A stretch of 64,000 nucleotides of DNA from Podospora anserina (Eukaryota). The stretch covers positions 3,844,001-3,908,000 of the forward strand of contig CM030337.1 in NCBI GenBank assembly GCA_017654855.1, in the 5' to 3' direction. Below are positions 37,392 through 48,702 of the stretch, in pieces. The notes under the pieces were generated by a model. It saw only the letters and a program-made list of their open reading frames with translations, searched no databases and was not told where the DNA came from. Numbering within the stretch: the first letter of the stretch is position 1; each line of letters starts with the position of its first letter. The translations under genes and the position numbers were made by a program.

Positions 37392-38691
37392 AGACGGGCT
37401 CTGTTTGTTTTACGACGTTCGGAATACCAACATGAGTTGTCCAGACTGAAGAACGGCATCTCAAGCCTTGAAGACTTATTGGAAATGAGTGTCGAACTAG
37501 AGCCGACTCGCCAACGTCGTTCGCAAGGGAAGGTCTACAAGCTACTGCGCGATGTCTCCGGGAGCATGTACGGAGCTATTCAATCAACAGTCACATGCAA
37601 ATGCCCTGGGCTTCACGATTTTGGGTTGAAGTTGATGAGCCGCCCCATCACTCATCTCCCACAATTCGACGAAGACGAAGAGGTCCTGGGAAGATTCAAG
37701 TTCTCTGTTGCTGTCTCCTCGACATCAACTGGATCTGATACTGGGGGGTTTCACTGGGGCGGCGCCAAAATATGGAATCTCTTGTCGCTGTCATTGTTGT
37801 CGCCAGCATCTAAAAGTCCCCAACATCCCACTGCAACATTGGCAACCGGTGTCAGATTTTCATCGTTGATGACGGCAGACAACCGTCAAAGCCAATCCCG
37901 CCAGTCGGTTGTTCTCGAGAGGATTGATAACCTGTGCCAGAGCATCCGGAAGTCTGGCAAGCAGGCGGCTGGTCAGTGCTGTGGGTGTATTCGTGACCCA
38001 GCACTATCAACTGCCAGGGCCTATCAAGTCTATCCGCTTGGGAACCCAAGCCAAGATGGTGACTGGAATCTAGTTCCCTTACGATCAGTTTTGTCAGGTG
38101 AAGTCCCAGCAGTCTCCCCTTTTCTTTATGGAGACAAGCTGTGGTTGGCCTGGACCATCGCCTCGAGCGTTGCCCAACTCGGGGGTACAGATTGGTAGGC
38201 CAAGTTCACGATCCCACGGCGTTCATATCATGGTTACTAATAACAGACTGGAATAAAGGTATTTTCGCCCACCTACGCATAACGACCTGTATTTAGCACG
38301 TCGGAATGGAGTGATACAGTTTAGAGAAGTGTTCGTTGTGAAACCCTTCCCTAATCTAAAGCCGGTTCTTCGGCCACCGCCAAACGCTACCCACCAAACC
38401 TTACTGACTCTCGGAGTACTTCTTATTGAAGTCATCTTTGGGCAAGTATTATCGAAAATCAGGCCAAAAAAGGCAGACCTTCAGAGCATCTTGTCCAGCT
38501 ATGAAGCTGTAATGCAGGTTCTCTCGACCGTCAACACATTGGGAGGACCAAACTACTACAAGGCGGTCAGGAAGTGTATCAAGTACGAAGTCTTTGACGA
38601 CAGCGGGATGGGAGGCAATGAGGGACAGAAAGATGTCTTCGTTGGAATACTAAATTTTCTGGAGCAAGATCTGGAGATGGCCATGGGTTAG
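37392..38691 (+). pseudogene. DUF7580-like protein gene, apparently 5'-truncated
   Basis: TCKCPGLH, IDNLCQSI, KLWLAWTIASSVAQLGGTDW|YF, LLTLGVLLIEVIFG, NYYKAVRKCI. Intron ~38195-38258. The N-terminal region expected for this family is missing. Confidence 0.55.
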
Positions 38692-39302
38692 CAATACCTA
38701 CCTAGGTACCTTACCTTTGCCGTGCCGGTTATTTTGTCCACGACGTGGGTACTAGGTAGGTAGCCAGTTGATCGTGAACGATCCGATTCATCAATTGGAT
38801 TCCATCCGAACAGGAACAGCCGCACCAGAACAAGCAGCACATCAATCACGATCGACCGCCCGGCAAAATGCGTTTTAGGGTGCCTCTCGGGCCGTCAAGC
38901 AAACCGGACAACCGTGTGTGTGCTGCTTTTCAAGTCCCGTCGTGGATGGTGGTGACCATGCAGGGGTTTGGGGCTCCCGGTTGTGTTTCAACATCCACCT
39001 GCAGTGGGATGAAAAGGGGGTCCGTGATGCACACCACTCCCACTTTACACCAGCATAAGATATGATACAGCTTATGATGGCGTGTGGTTGCATTTTGGCT
39101 GTGATGATGAAGGACATGGCGCGCAGAAAAAATGAATAAAAATCGATCGCTCATAACTTGCCCCCCAAAGGTGGACCACTTGCCCCTTTTCCGTGTCGTG
39201 CCTACTCAAACATTCCTCCGCTGTACCTTACTCAACATTGAAGCATCATAGGCTCTGGAAGCCTTCTTTCTACTGACTGCTGTATATGCCCCATCCGCAA
39301 TC

Positions 39303-40244
39303 ATGTGTGACAACCCACCGGACAGCGACACACCTTTCTGCGCTCCCGAAAACGGCGCGCAACTCCAAACAGGAAATATCGTTGGAGGTAAGTCCTTCCT
39401 CACCACCTCCCTTACTGGTGGCTAACCTCACAAAGTAATCTGGTCCCCCCTCTTCTTCGCAACCTCACCCACCTCACGCCCCCGCCAAATCCGCATCCAA
39501 GCCGACTTCTTCCCCTCCAACACCCCTCTGTCACGCCTAAACTCGACCCTGAGCACCGGCACAGAAGGCTTCACCTCCAACGTCCTCAACCCCGCCCTCG
39601 GCACCTTCAACTGGTCAATCCTCGATTCTTATATTGACGACGCCGATGTCCCGTCTTTGATCGCCGTCCTCTCCATCGCAGAACCTTTCACCGACTCAGA
39701 CGGGAATGGCACAGTCCTCGAAGGCAACGACCGCTTCCCTGGCCCAACCGTGACTCTTGTTCGAGGGCCCACACGACCTACGAGTACTAACTCGGTCAAT
39801 GGAGGGACGATCAACGCGTCGCCCTCTCCTGCGAGTGAGAATACAGGTCCAAGTCCCATCACCATCGCACTCCCGATCTTGTTTGCTTTCTTGACGGCTA
39901 TCACATTGGCGTGCTGCATGGTCTACAAACGAAGACATCCATCGTTCAAGGTAGGTGAGATGGTAACAAAGTGGATGGGCAGAAGCGGTCGCGGAGGGTT
40001 CGGTGGTTTGAGAGCCGCGTCGGGTTACGGGCAGGGACGGAGCCAGCGGCAGCGGATGGGTGGTGGTGGTGGTGGGTTGAGAGGGAAGGACATCAAAGTT
40101 GTGACGACGGATATCCAAGGGTTGAGGATGAATGCGGTGAATATGATGGCGGGCCAGAATCAACAGCAAGGGAGGAATGTGTTCAGGGAAGAGGTGCGAC
40201 GGCAGGAGAGGCGCGATGGGGATGGTGGTGTGTTGGGTGTGTGA
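39303..40244 (+). CDS. Single-pass membrane protein (Psg1-like PFCxP domain)
   Basis: CDN...PFCAPENG..VG|VIWSP with a GTAAGT/GCTAAC intron; TM helix IALPILFAFLTAITLACCMVY; cytosolic GYGQGRSQRQR and NVFREEVRRQE. No clear signal peptide upstream. Confidence 0.6.
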
Positions 40245-40340
40245 CCGGAGGTTGCTATGGTGATGAGGGATGGGAAATGGTTTCTTGAGTTTCAAAGTTA
40301 TAAGATGCGGAACTGGTGATGATAGTAACAGTAAATAACA

Positions 40341-40485
40341 GGGCGTATGGTCTAGTGGTCAAGACGTCTTAGTTGCAAAAAGTGTTGTTGCTGTGCTCCT
40401 GTTAAATGCTCCAACAGATGTATGGGTTCCAACGATACAAGTATGCTCCATGAGAAGGTCCCAGGTTCGATTCCTAGTATGTCCA
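40341..40485 (+). tRNA. tRNA-Ala(TGC) with ~72-nt intron, possibly degenerate
   Basis: Acceptor stem GGGCGTA/TATGTCC with G3:U70. A box TGGTCTAGTGG, D stem GTCT/AGAC, anticodon stem TCTTA/TGAGA around TGC, B box GGTTCGATTCC, downstream T run. Confidence 0.75.
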
Positions 40486-40855
40486 GTCTCTTTTTGGCTT
40501 TTTGAAGGTATTGGTGTTCCTCCCAATGTGTTTGAAAGATGGCTTTCATTTGCTTCTGTCGAAGATTACTTCCTTCCAGATGTATGCCAGTTGCTCACGT
40601 CCGTCATTAGCCAGGTGACACAAATGTTCCTTCCTCTACTATAGCGTGTCAGGTGCTAATCCAGACGTTCTTTTGGTTTCTTCCAGAGAACTGAGGGGTT
40701 CTCCAGTCTTTTTCCAATCTGTCTCGACGACAGCTCAATCTTCACCCGATCCGACACCTTCTTGGGCGGCTTGTCACGCAAGTATCGTTATCATCACCCG
40801 CATCTCTTCAGAGCAACGCGATATTCTTGGCGGAAGCCAGACACCAACAGCCACT

Positions 40856-42243
40856 ATGAAAATATCCTCGTGCCTTGCAGCCATTCCGTTTGCATTTAGC
40901 ACGGGAGCACTTACGGCGGTATGTATCACCGGTCCTCTGCCTCACCTTGCCTCCAACTGACCTGGGGTTTCCAGGCCCTGCCACCACCACCCCCAGAGCC
41001 TCTACCTTTAGTGCCAGAGCCCATGGCGATACCGGAAGAATCCGTAGAGTCACTCAGCGCCCCCAGCGAAGACGAGACTTTACATCCCCACCTTGCCTAG
41101 GAGGCAGCAACCGAGAAACATGACTCCGATCAGCCAACCAGCCCCAACACAGCAGTGCATACTACGTTCACCAGAGTCACAAAGCCTGCATGTTTCCTCC
41201 CTATATCATCATGTTGTCACTAGGCTTTCGTACTGATATTTGGTCACAGATAGCCGACTGTGTTCTGGTTGGAGGCCAGCCCGTTGACCAAACATGGCTT
41301 TGGCTTACCTGGACACCGAGCTTCAATCACTCGACAATCATGACAACACTGTCCGTTGTACCTCGGAAGCAATGTGTTCCCATCATGTGCGAACGCTCAA
41401 CGGGCGGCGCGTACTGGTGCAACGACTCGGACAACACCAAGACAGCGTTGTGGAGAGAGCTGACTGAATACGCTGGTCAGGTGTTTATCCAGTGCATGAT
41501 TGGCATACGTTCCTCCGGGCAGACACAGTTTGACGACGAATCTCGCATCATCGTCACCGACCCACGCGGGCAAGGGTGCAATTTGAGTTACGACACGACG
41601 CTGGAGACGCGGGGCAAATACACGGGAATCTGGCCCGAAGACCTAGAGGACCTTTACAGACGTGCCGCTCAGGTTCAGCACACCAAACGACAGCTTTTGC
41701 CACTTGTTTATCCTCCAGCGGGGACATCTGGCCTCATGAGCAGTACCCCGACTGAGGTGTGTCTTTGAGGCAGTGACTTGATACTGATACTAACCTCTTC
41801 ACTAGATCTCTCAATCCCCGGAGTATGAATGCTCCTCTGTTGTCGGCCGTCTAGCCGACTTTGGAGATGCCAGGGGGGTGTGGAACAACGCCATGCAAGA
41901 GTACAAAGATGGCAAGATGTGTACGCTGGGACCCAAAAAGTGCATGGCTGTGGGATGCAATGGTAACACTGTTGGCTTCTTTTGGTGCAACGATTCAATG
42001 GAGACTCGTACCAAGCGATGCTTTGAAACAGTTGAAAGAGCATTTTTTGTAATTTTCGCTTGCAGGGGCGGTGGGTTTGGTAAGCAGGCCACGACTGGGG
42101 GGACGTATTTTGATGAGGATGAACGCGTGTTTGTGGTTCGTCCTATTGATGGTAGATGCGAGCTCGAGTATGAGAGGACCGAGAGGGCGTTTGATCCTGC
42201 GGATGGTTTTGAAGCTGGGTGGTTGGGGAGACGTTGGTTCTGA
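40856..42243 (+). pseudogene. Secreted protein with two tandem Cys-containing WCND domains, interrupted by an in-frame TAG
   Basis: Signal peptide exon 40856-40918. Exon 2 from 40975 has TAG at 41098-41100 and the frame continues. Later exons contain CVPIMC...YWCND and CMAVGC...FWCND. Confidence 0.65.
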
Positions 42244-42534
42244 GTACGCCTAAAGGTAATTTGTATAGCTAGCCGATGAGGAATGTTGAGTAATTCCTAA
42301 ATAGCATGGTGTATTACCCTTGCGTGCATGCTGATTTGAGCAATGGAAGGTGATTTTGATGGGAAATGATACGCATGTACGGTGGGTGGAAAGCATTGCT
42401 TTGATGACAAAGCTTGTACTAGATACCTTAGACAGCAATGACGCTGGTCTTTCCGTGCGCCGATGCACTTCCTGCCCGTCAACGCCGAATGCTTAGTTTG
42501 ACCCCAAAAGAGCATTGTAACATGATAGTAGTGA

Positions 42535-43032
42535 TCACATCCAATACCCATCCTTCCAAAGCTCCTTTCTGTAGCCCTCTGTTAACCTCTCATCCTCCCC
42601 ATAGGCCTCCTGCCACCCAACAAACCCCCTGTCCAAAACATATACTCTCTGCTCCACAGCCGGCTTCTTGTTTTCCCCTTCTCCCTCAGCCTCCGCCTCT
42701 TTTTGTGGCTGCTGTTTTTGCTGCTCCTCCAGCTTGGCAAGCCTCTCCTTCTCCCTCAGGTACTTGAGCGCCGCACCGGGACCTCGCTGCTGTGATAACG
42801 CGCAGTGGAAGATGACGGTTTCTTTGTCTTGGAGCTTGCGGATGAGGGTCGGGAGGGTGGCGTCGAGGGTCTGGGAGGGAAAGTTGAGGGCGCCGCGGAT
42901 GTGGCCTCCTATGTAGTCGTCGTCGCGGACGTCGATGATGGCTATGGAGGTGGGGGAGGGGGAGTCGAGGAGGAGAGTGGAAAGGGTTGAGGGGCGGAGG
43001 CGGGGGATGGAGGCGATGGATATGGAGGACAT
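42535..43032 (-). CDS. Cdc25-like phosphatase / arsenate reductase (Ibp1/Ych1/Acr2 rhodanese family)
   Basis: IIDVRDDDYIGGHIRGA, IFHCALSQQRGP, VYVLDRGFVGWQ. Confidence 0.92.
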   Translation of the reverse strand: MSSISIASIPRLRPSTLSTLLLDSPSPTSIAIIDVRDDDYIGGHIRGALNFPSQTLDATLPTLIRKLQDKETVIFHCALSQQRGPGAALKYLREKERLAKLEEQQKQQPQKEAEAEGEGENKKPAVEQRVYVLDRGFVGWQEAYGEDERLTEGYRKELWKDGYWM

Positions 43033-44090
43033 TTTGGGGATGGGGTTGGGGCAAGGGTTGTGTTGTGGGGGGGGAAGGGGGTGTTGTAAGTTGGGAATAG
43101 CTTCGCTTTTTTTGGGGGAGACGGTTGTAAATGGAGGGGACCTTGATGGCGGAATCGCTGGGCGGGCGCGGTCTGGAACGTGGAGGGGAAATGTGGGGTC
43201 GGTGCCGGTGTGGTTTGTTTGGCAGGGATGTTAGGGCGTTTTGGCAGGCTTGTTTGGCAGCTGGCGGGATTGACAAGGCTGAACATCGACCACCATCACT
43301 CTTTTGCAGCTTCAACGGCTTTCTCACTTGGGACAATTTTTGTTTTGTTTTGGATGGGTGATGGAATCCTGGATCTGAAAGACAGGTTTTGGAGATTTCT
43401 TTACGTTTTCTTCTCTTGGCGGACAGTGATCATCCCGAGTTTCGACCGGGGAGGCGGCTTGACACGATGAGTTTCAAAGTGAGGCGGCGAGGGGATGGAC
43501 TGACTCGAGTGTTGTTTGTGAGATTCTACAACGTGATGACGGGTGCAAAACACGATTACTGACACCTTGACAGATATTTTATCTGATCTTCTGCGATATC
43601 AAGTTCCATGTGGTCAACGTGCTTGACATTTCGGACCATCATCCCGGAGGACCGTTGTGCAGGAAGAGTACACAGTTGGCCGAGTGTGGTCTCCGTCATC
43701 CGAAGTTCATGACAGGGAACGACGTACCACCGCCCACTTCCTCAACGCCCCCCAGGTTTCCAAGCCGTTTCCGGTCCACCGCCAGCGGCAAAAAGTAAAC
43801 ATGGAATGCCCAATGATCCCCTATCGTTTTCTTGGTGCTACGCCAGACAGACCTCAACGGTCGACCAGACATCCAAGCAAGTGCTTGTCTTGGTGTATGA
43901 TGACCGTGTCGAGTGACCCGGTTCTCCGGTATTTTTTTCCCATCCAGCATGGTTCAGCACACTTGACGTCGTTAGCTCAATGTAGGGCATTCCATTCGTG
44001 TTCGTCTTGATCTAGTCTGCCCAAGTGCTGTTGTTCTGCGAACGAGATGCCATCAATGGCGTCCCGGTCCTTCAGCATCCGGCTCTCAAC

Positions 44091-45698
44091 ATGGCACGCC
44101 AGAGAAGATGGCCGCCAGATATGTTGTTGGGGTTGTTCGTCTGCTCAATAGCATTCCTCTGCGATGGCGCCGCCACTCGAACATCATCCTCGAACGACGT
44201 CGAACAGAACTCAAACGCAATACATGTTTTGCCACAACCTCGACCACAGACCTTGACCCGTAGACGTCAAGATGGTCACGCTCAGGTCAACCACATGTCG
44301 AGGACATCAACAACAATAGCACCGACACCAACGAAACCATCTCAGCGGATTGTGTCAACCACATCAACAGCCTACTATACAGTCACCGTCACTGCGAGCC
44401 CGACTCCCCGAAAGCGCAACTTTGTCGACATCAGTGAGCTTCTTGAGTCAATAGACTCGCTACAAGAAGCACTCGCTTCGGCAACAGCCAGCGCAGTGTC
44501 TCTGTCACGAGAATTTGCGGTTTCCATAAACCAACTGGAATCTTCAACCCAGTATCTTGCCGCATCGGCATCGAGTGCGCTGTTGGTTGCGGAAGCATCA
44601 GCCTCGAAAGCGCTGGCGGCAGCTGAGGCTTCTGCTGCCAAGGCGCTCTCTGCCGTGGAAGAATCAGCTGCTAGTAGCATCAGCGAGGTGTTAGCAGTGG
44701 CCACCTCGACAATCCCAAGGACAAGCAATGATACCTATCGGGTAAGGCTTTGCAGTCCCTTGGATATTCTTGTAGTAATGCTAACAGTGAGACAGACACA
44801 AGTAGACAATGGAGATGAGTCCAGTGTGTCTCCAGCTATTGTCGGCATTGCTGTCGCGGTCTCGGTGGTTGGTTCGTCACTTATATCTCTGCTCGTGTTC
44901 TTTTTCTTCACGCGACGTCGCAAAGCTAAGCAACGTGCGCAAGAGGAAGAAAATGAAATGAATGCTGCCCTCGACCGAGCCATTGTTTCCTACATTGTCA
45001 AGGAGCTACCAAGCCCTCAGGGGTCGACAGGTCAACAAACCGGGCAACGACAATTTTGGATTGAAGACAAGGAGGAAGGCGATGCAGGAAACTCTTTCGC
45101 GCCAAGTCCACCCGGACCTACTGAGCCGACCCCAACAGGTCCCTCAGACTTGCACCATGTGGAAGAGCTCCCACCGACACCACCCTCACCTCAATCGGGC
45201 ATGATACCAATACAAGCAATGCCCTCGCCCAAGCCATCGACACAGCCTCCATCCTCACGGTCATCTTTAGACAGGGTGCCTCGGGGCATGTCACGTTCTA
45301 GATCCCACAGGTCGCCAAGGATGGCGAAACCACCACCAGCTCACATGCGGTCTCATTCTCAAACGACCCCTTCTCCGAGTGTGAGGTCGGGTTACTTTGG
45401 TCATCAACCATCCGCCTCCGACGCATCTGGTGGGTCAGCCTGGTATCAGCCCAGCATGACGCCCTCGTCGATTGCTATCAGCAGGGCGCTCAGCCGGCGG
45501 ACGGCGTCTTCTCACTTTATGGACAGCGCCGAGAAGATCTATGGTGATATTCTCACAAGTCCGTTGGAGAAGGATCCGCTGGAAGCGCCATATCAGCCGG
45601 CCCCTGAGCCGCCGGTAAATACACTTCCCAAATCCTCGTCAGAGGTGAAACGGGAGGATGTAGGGTGGCCTTTGCCGGCGAAGGAGGCATGGTTATGA
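44091..45698 (+). CDS. Type I membrane protein of unknown function
   Basis: Signal-like N-terminus, Ser/Thr/Ala-rich ectodomain, TM IVGIAVAVSVVGSSLISLLVFFFF followed by RRRK, Pro/Ser-rich tail. Probable in-frame intron near 44742-44795. Confidence 0.7.
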   Translation: MARQRRWPPDMLLGLFVCSIAFLCDGAATRTSSSNDVEQNSNAIHVLPQPRPQTLTRRRQDGHAQVNHMSRTSTTIAPTPTKPSQRIVSTTSTAYYTVTVTASPTPRKRNFVDISELLESIDSLQEALASATASAVSLSREFAVSINQLESSTQYLAASASSALLVAEASASKALAAAEASAAKALSAVEESAASSISEVLAVATSTIPRTSNDTYRVRLCSPLDILVVMLTVRQTQVDNGDESSVSPAIVGIAVAVSVVGSSLISLLVFFFFTRRRKAKQRAQEEENEMNAALDRAIVSYIVKELPSPQGSTGQQTGQRQFWIEDKEEGDAGNSFAPSPPGPTEPTPTGPSDLHHVEELPPTPPSPQSGMIPIQAMPSPKPSTQPPSSRSSLDRVPRGMSRSRSHRSPRMAKPPPAHMRSHSQTTPSPSVRSGYFGHQPSASDASGGSAWYQPSMTPSSIAISRALSRRTASSHFMDSAEKIYGDILTSPLEKDPLEAPYQPAPEPPVNTLPKSSSEVKREDVGWPLPAKEAWL

Positions 45699-46804
45699 TC
45701 TTAAGGGGGGAAATGTGCTTGTTCAGGCCTGGGAGTTTGGGAGTTCTGGGCAGAATGGGTGGTCTCCCTGTCTTCCGAAGCAACGTGATAGCATCAATGT
45801 ACATTATTTTGCAGCGCTATATACCACAATATCTGAAGTTTTTCTCACCCATCAATAATGCAGTCGCTGTTGTGCATATGACCAGTGAATTGCGATATGG
45901 TTTATGATCAGTTAGACAGAGCTTACTCCTCGTGGTGATAGTGGTGTCGTGTGCCCCTTTTTTTCCGAGAAGCCACAGGATATTAGCTTTGGCTGAGGCT
46001 TATCTCCGGAATAAACTGTCCGCTGGGTGGAGTGTTGAGAGGCTCTCATTGGCCATCGGTTGGTGGGGTAAGAACGAACAACTACCGTTTTCCAACGGAG
46101 TCAAACGGAAGGCTTGAAAGACAAGATGCAATTTGACATATCAGAGCCTAGGAATTTCTGACTGCAATACTCCCAAAGCATGGAACAATGGATTGAGACA
46201 TTGATAAGGTAGCGTAGTGTCAAGAGAAAACAAGGCGTCCCTGCATGTTCCAGCGTCTTCTCGATAAACGTCAAAGCTCCACGTGAAGCTAGGTATCCGT
46301 AGGTTGCCAAGTTTCCAGTCAGCTGGGAGCTTCCGGTGATGACGACAATCTGGTGACAGTCTGTGTGCAGTCATTTTTAACCTTCTCTCCCAGCCTGAAA
46401 CTACGCGCGCTCTTTTTCTTTTCTTTTTTTTTTTTTTGCTTCATTGTCTATGTAAATTATTGATACCCGAATCCAAACACACAGCTATCAAACCCAGTAG
46501 CAACTAACTGGTCCTCGAGCTTCCAACGCAGTTTCCCGCGGCCCATCAAAGCAACGTCAGACCCCTGCAGCTGAGCGAAGAACGTCAGTGACGCACGTCC
46601 CACTGAAACTGCCGAGCACTCACAAAGCATCCATCGGAAAGCACCACCTTTTTTCGACGACGTACGAAACAACTCCACCAGCCACCTCTTCCAGCTCCCA
46701 GCTCCCAGCTTGACAACACCAAACGCCGCCAGCTTCAACCAAGTGCGCAACCTTCCAGCTCACTCCGACGAAAAATCCTTTACCTTTATCCCTAGACCGT
46801 CACG

Positions 46805-47948
46805 ATGGCTCCCCCGCCGTCGGCCGACATGCCTCTTCCCCAGAGGCTGCAAAAACTGGCCTCGACCTTGCAGTGTACGTGTGCATTTCCTCCCGTTGCT
46901 GTCGCCTTTTCGGTATCACCGCTACTGCCGGACTGCTGCACGTCGTTGCAAGTTCTCTGCTAACATGTCAATGTGTCGTAGTTGCTTGGTTCGCTGGGTA
47001 TGTTGAGCTGCCTTTATCCGATATCGATGCCGATGCTGCCACGCTATGAAATCCAATCATGGAGCTCGGAGTTGGACACCGCAGAGTGAGAAAATGAAGC
47101 TAACCCTGGACCACAGTCACGCCGTTCTTATCCTCTGCATCACCAGATATGCCTTCTCATGGATACGATTTAACTACTACGGTGGCATGGCCTCGTTCTG
47201 CTATCGGTCTGCCTTCGTTGCCGCGGCTAGCACATACGGCATCGTGGTGTACAAGACATGGCGGGCTCGCCAAAAGACGGGCGCCAAGCAGCCCGGCGGT
47301 GCCTTGGGTTATCTCTCGGATGAGAACGTGCAATACCTCTGTATGTCTGGTTTCGGAAGGGTGACAAGGTTCTGCTTGCTAACAAAAGTCCTAGTGATGG
47401 CCCTCGTCTGGCTCTTTATGCCCCAGTACCCTCTTGCGCTCCTCCCGTACGGCATCTACTCGATCTTTCACGTCGCCACATACACCCGTGCCAACGTTAT
47501 CCCAACCATTGCTCCTCCCCAGAAGCTGGTTCCAGGTGCTGCCGCTTCCCCCAACGGCAAGCCCCAGTATGCGCCCCACCCCATGGCTGATGCCATCGGC
47601 AGCTTCGTCAAGAAGTACTACGATTCCTCTATGTCGGTTGTTGCCAGCCTCGAGATTGCTCTTTGGGCTCGTATCCTCCTGTCTGCCCTCTTCTTCCAGC
47701 GCCGTTCGTGGATCCTGATCGCTGTCTACACCGCTTTCCTTCGCGCGCGCTACGCTCAGAGCAGCCATGTCAAGAACTCGTTTGCCCAGCTTGAGGCGCG
47801 CGTTGACAACCTGATTGGTGCTCAGGGTACTCCCCCTGTGGCTCGCCAGGCTTGGGATACTGTCAAGGGTGTCGCGAGGCAGTTTCACGGCGCGACTGAC
47901 GTCAACAAGTATGTCAACGGCGCTGCTGCTCCTAAGAAGTCATCTTGA
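46805..47948 (+). CDS. POM33: Nucleoporin Pom33 / TMEM33 family
   Basis: MAPPPSADMPLPQRLQKLASTLQ|FAWFAG|H, TYGIVVYK, LSDENVQYL, YSIFHVATYTR, FLRARYAQS. Confidence 0.9.
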
Positions 47949-48702
47949 ATAGATCAACACTAAGCTAGAGAGCTAAGCCGCACGACATGACAATGGAACA
48001 ACTACGGCGGCGAGTGATACTCCTTGCGAGAGGGGAAATAGGGAGCGTGATCTGGGGACAGAGTGGAGGATGAGAAGCACGGTGAAGCATATGCATTTGC
48101 CAGGATGCGGGAGAGTAGGACAGAGGAAGCAAAGAAGAGCTGGATATGTGGCTGTAGGCTGATAATTGCTTGGAGGGGTAGTGGTGTTTGCGCTTTTACG
48201 TCTCATAGGTTATGGACTCCCTTTCTTCTTGGTATTGCGGTTTTGTTTCTGGTGAGGAGTTTGGCTGGGGGAAATACGCATGAGACAGGATGGTCAGGAT
48301 GAGGTTTTAGGTGTTGATTTCTTCTTGAACCTCTTGTGTCACGAGTTCGTTTTTGTCTTTAGGGGGCAAGAGTGTGATAGCGGGAATGGCATCCTATGAC
48401 CGATGAGCGTGATTGCTTTGATGTGAAGTGGTGTGGAGGGAGCTGATGCCAAGACATGGTCCCTTTGAACTTTGAACCCCACTTGGTACACCAACCATGA
48501 CGTCGCTGCGCGCTGGTGGGCGCTGGCAGGCAGCACCGACAAATCAATTGAGTTGAGCTGTAACATCACGCGACAACGCTGGATTTGTATTCGCGACCCT
48601 GTTCTCTGTTCTATCATCGTTGTATATTTCCACCATTTTGGCACTTCTCCTGATGCCGGCATTATAACACCGCCCAAAATCAACCAACCTCCCGCCACGA
48701 CA

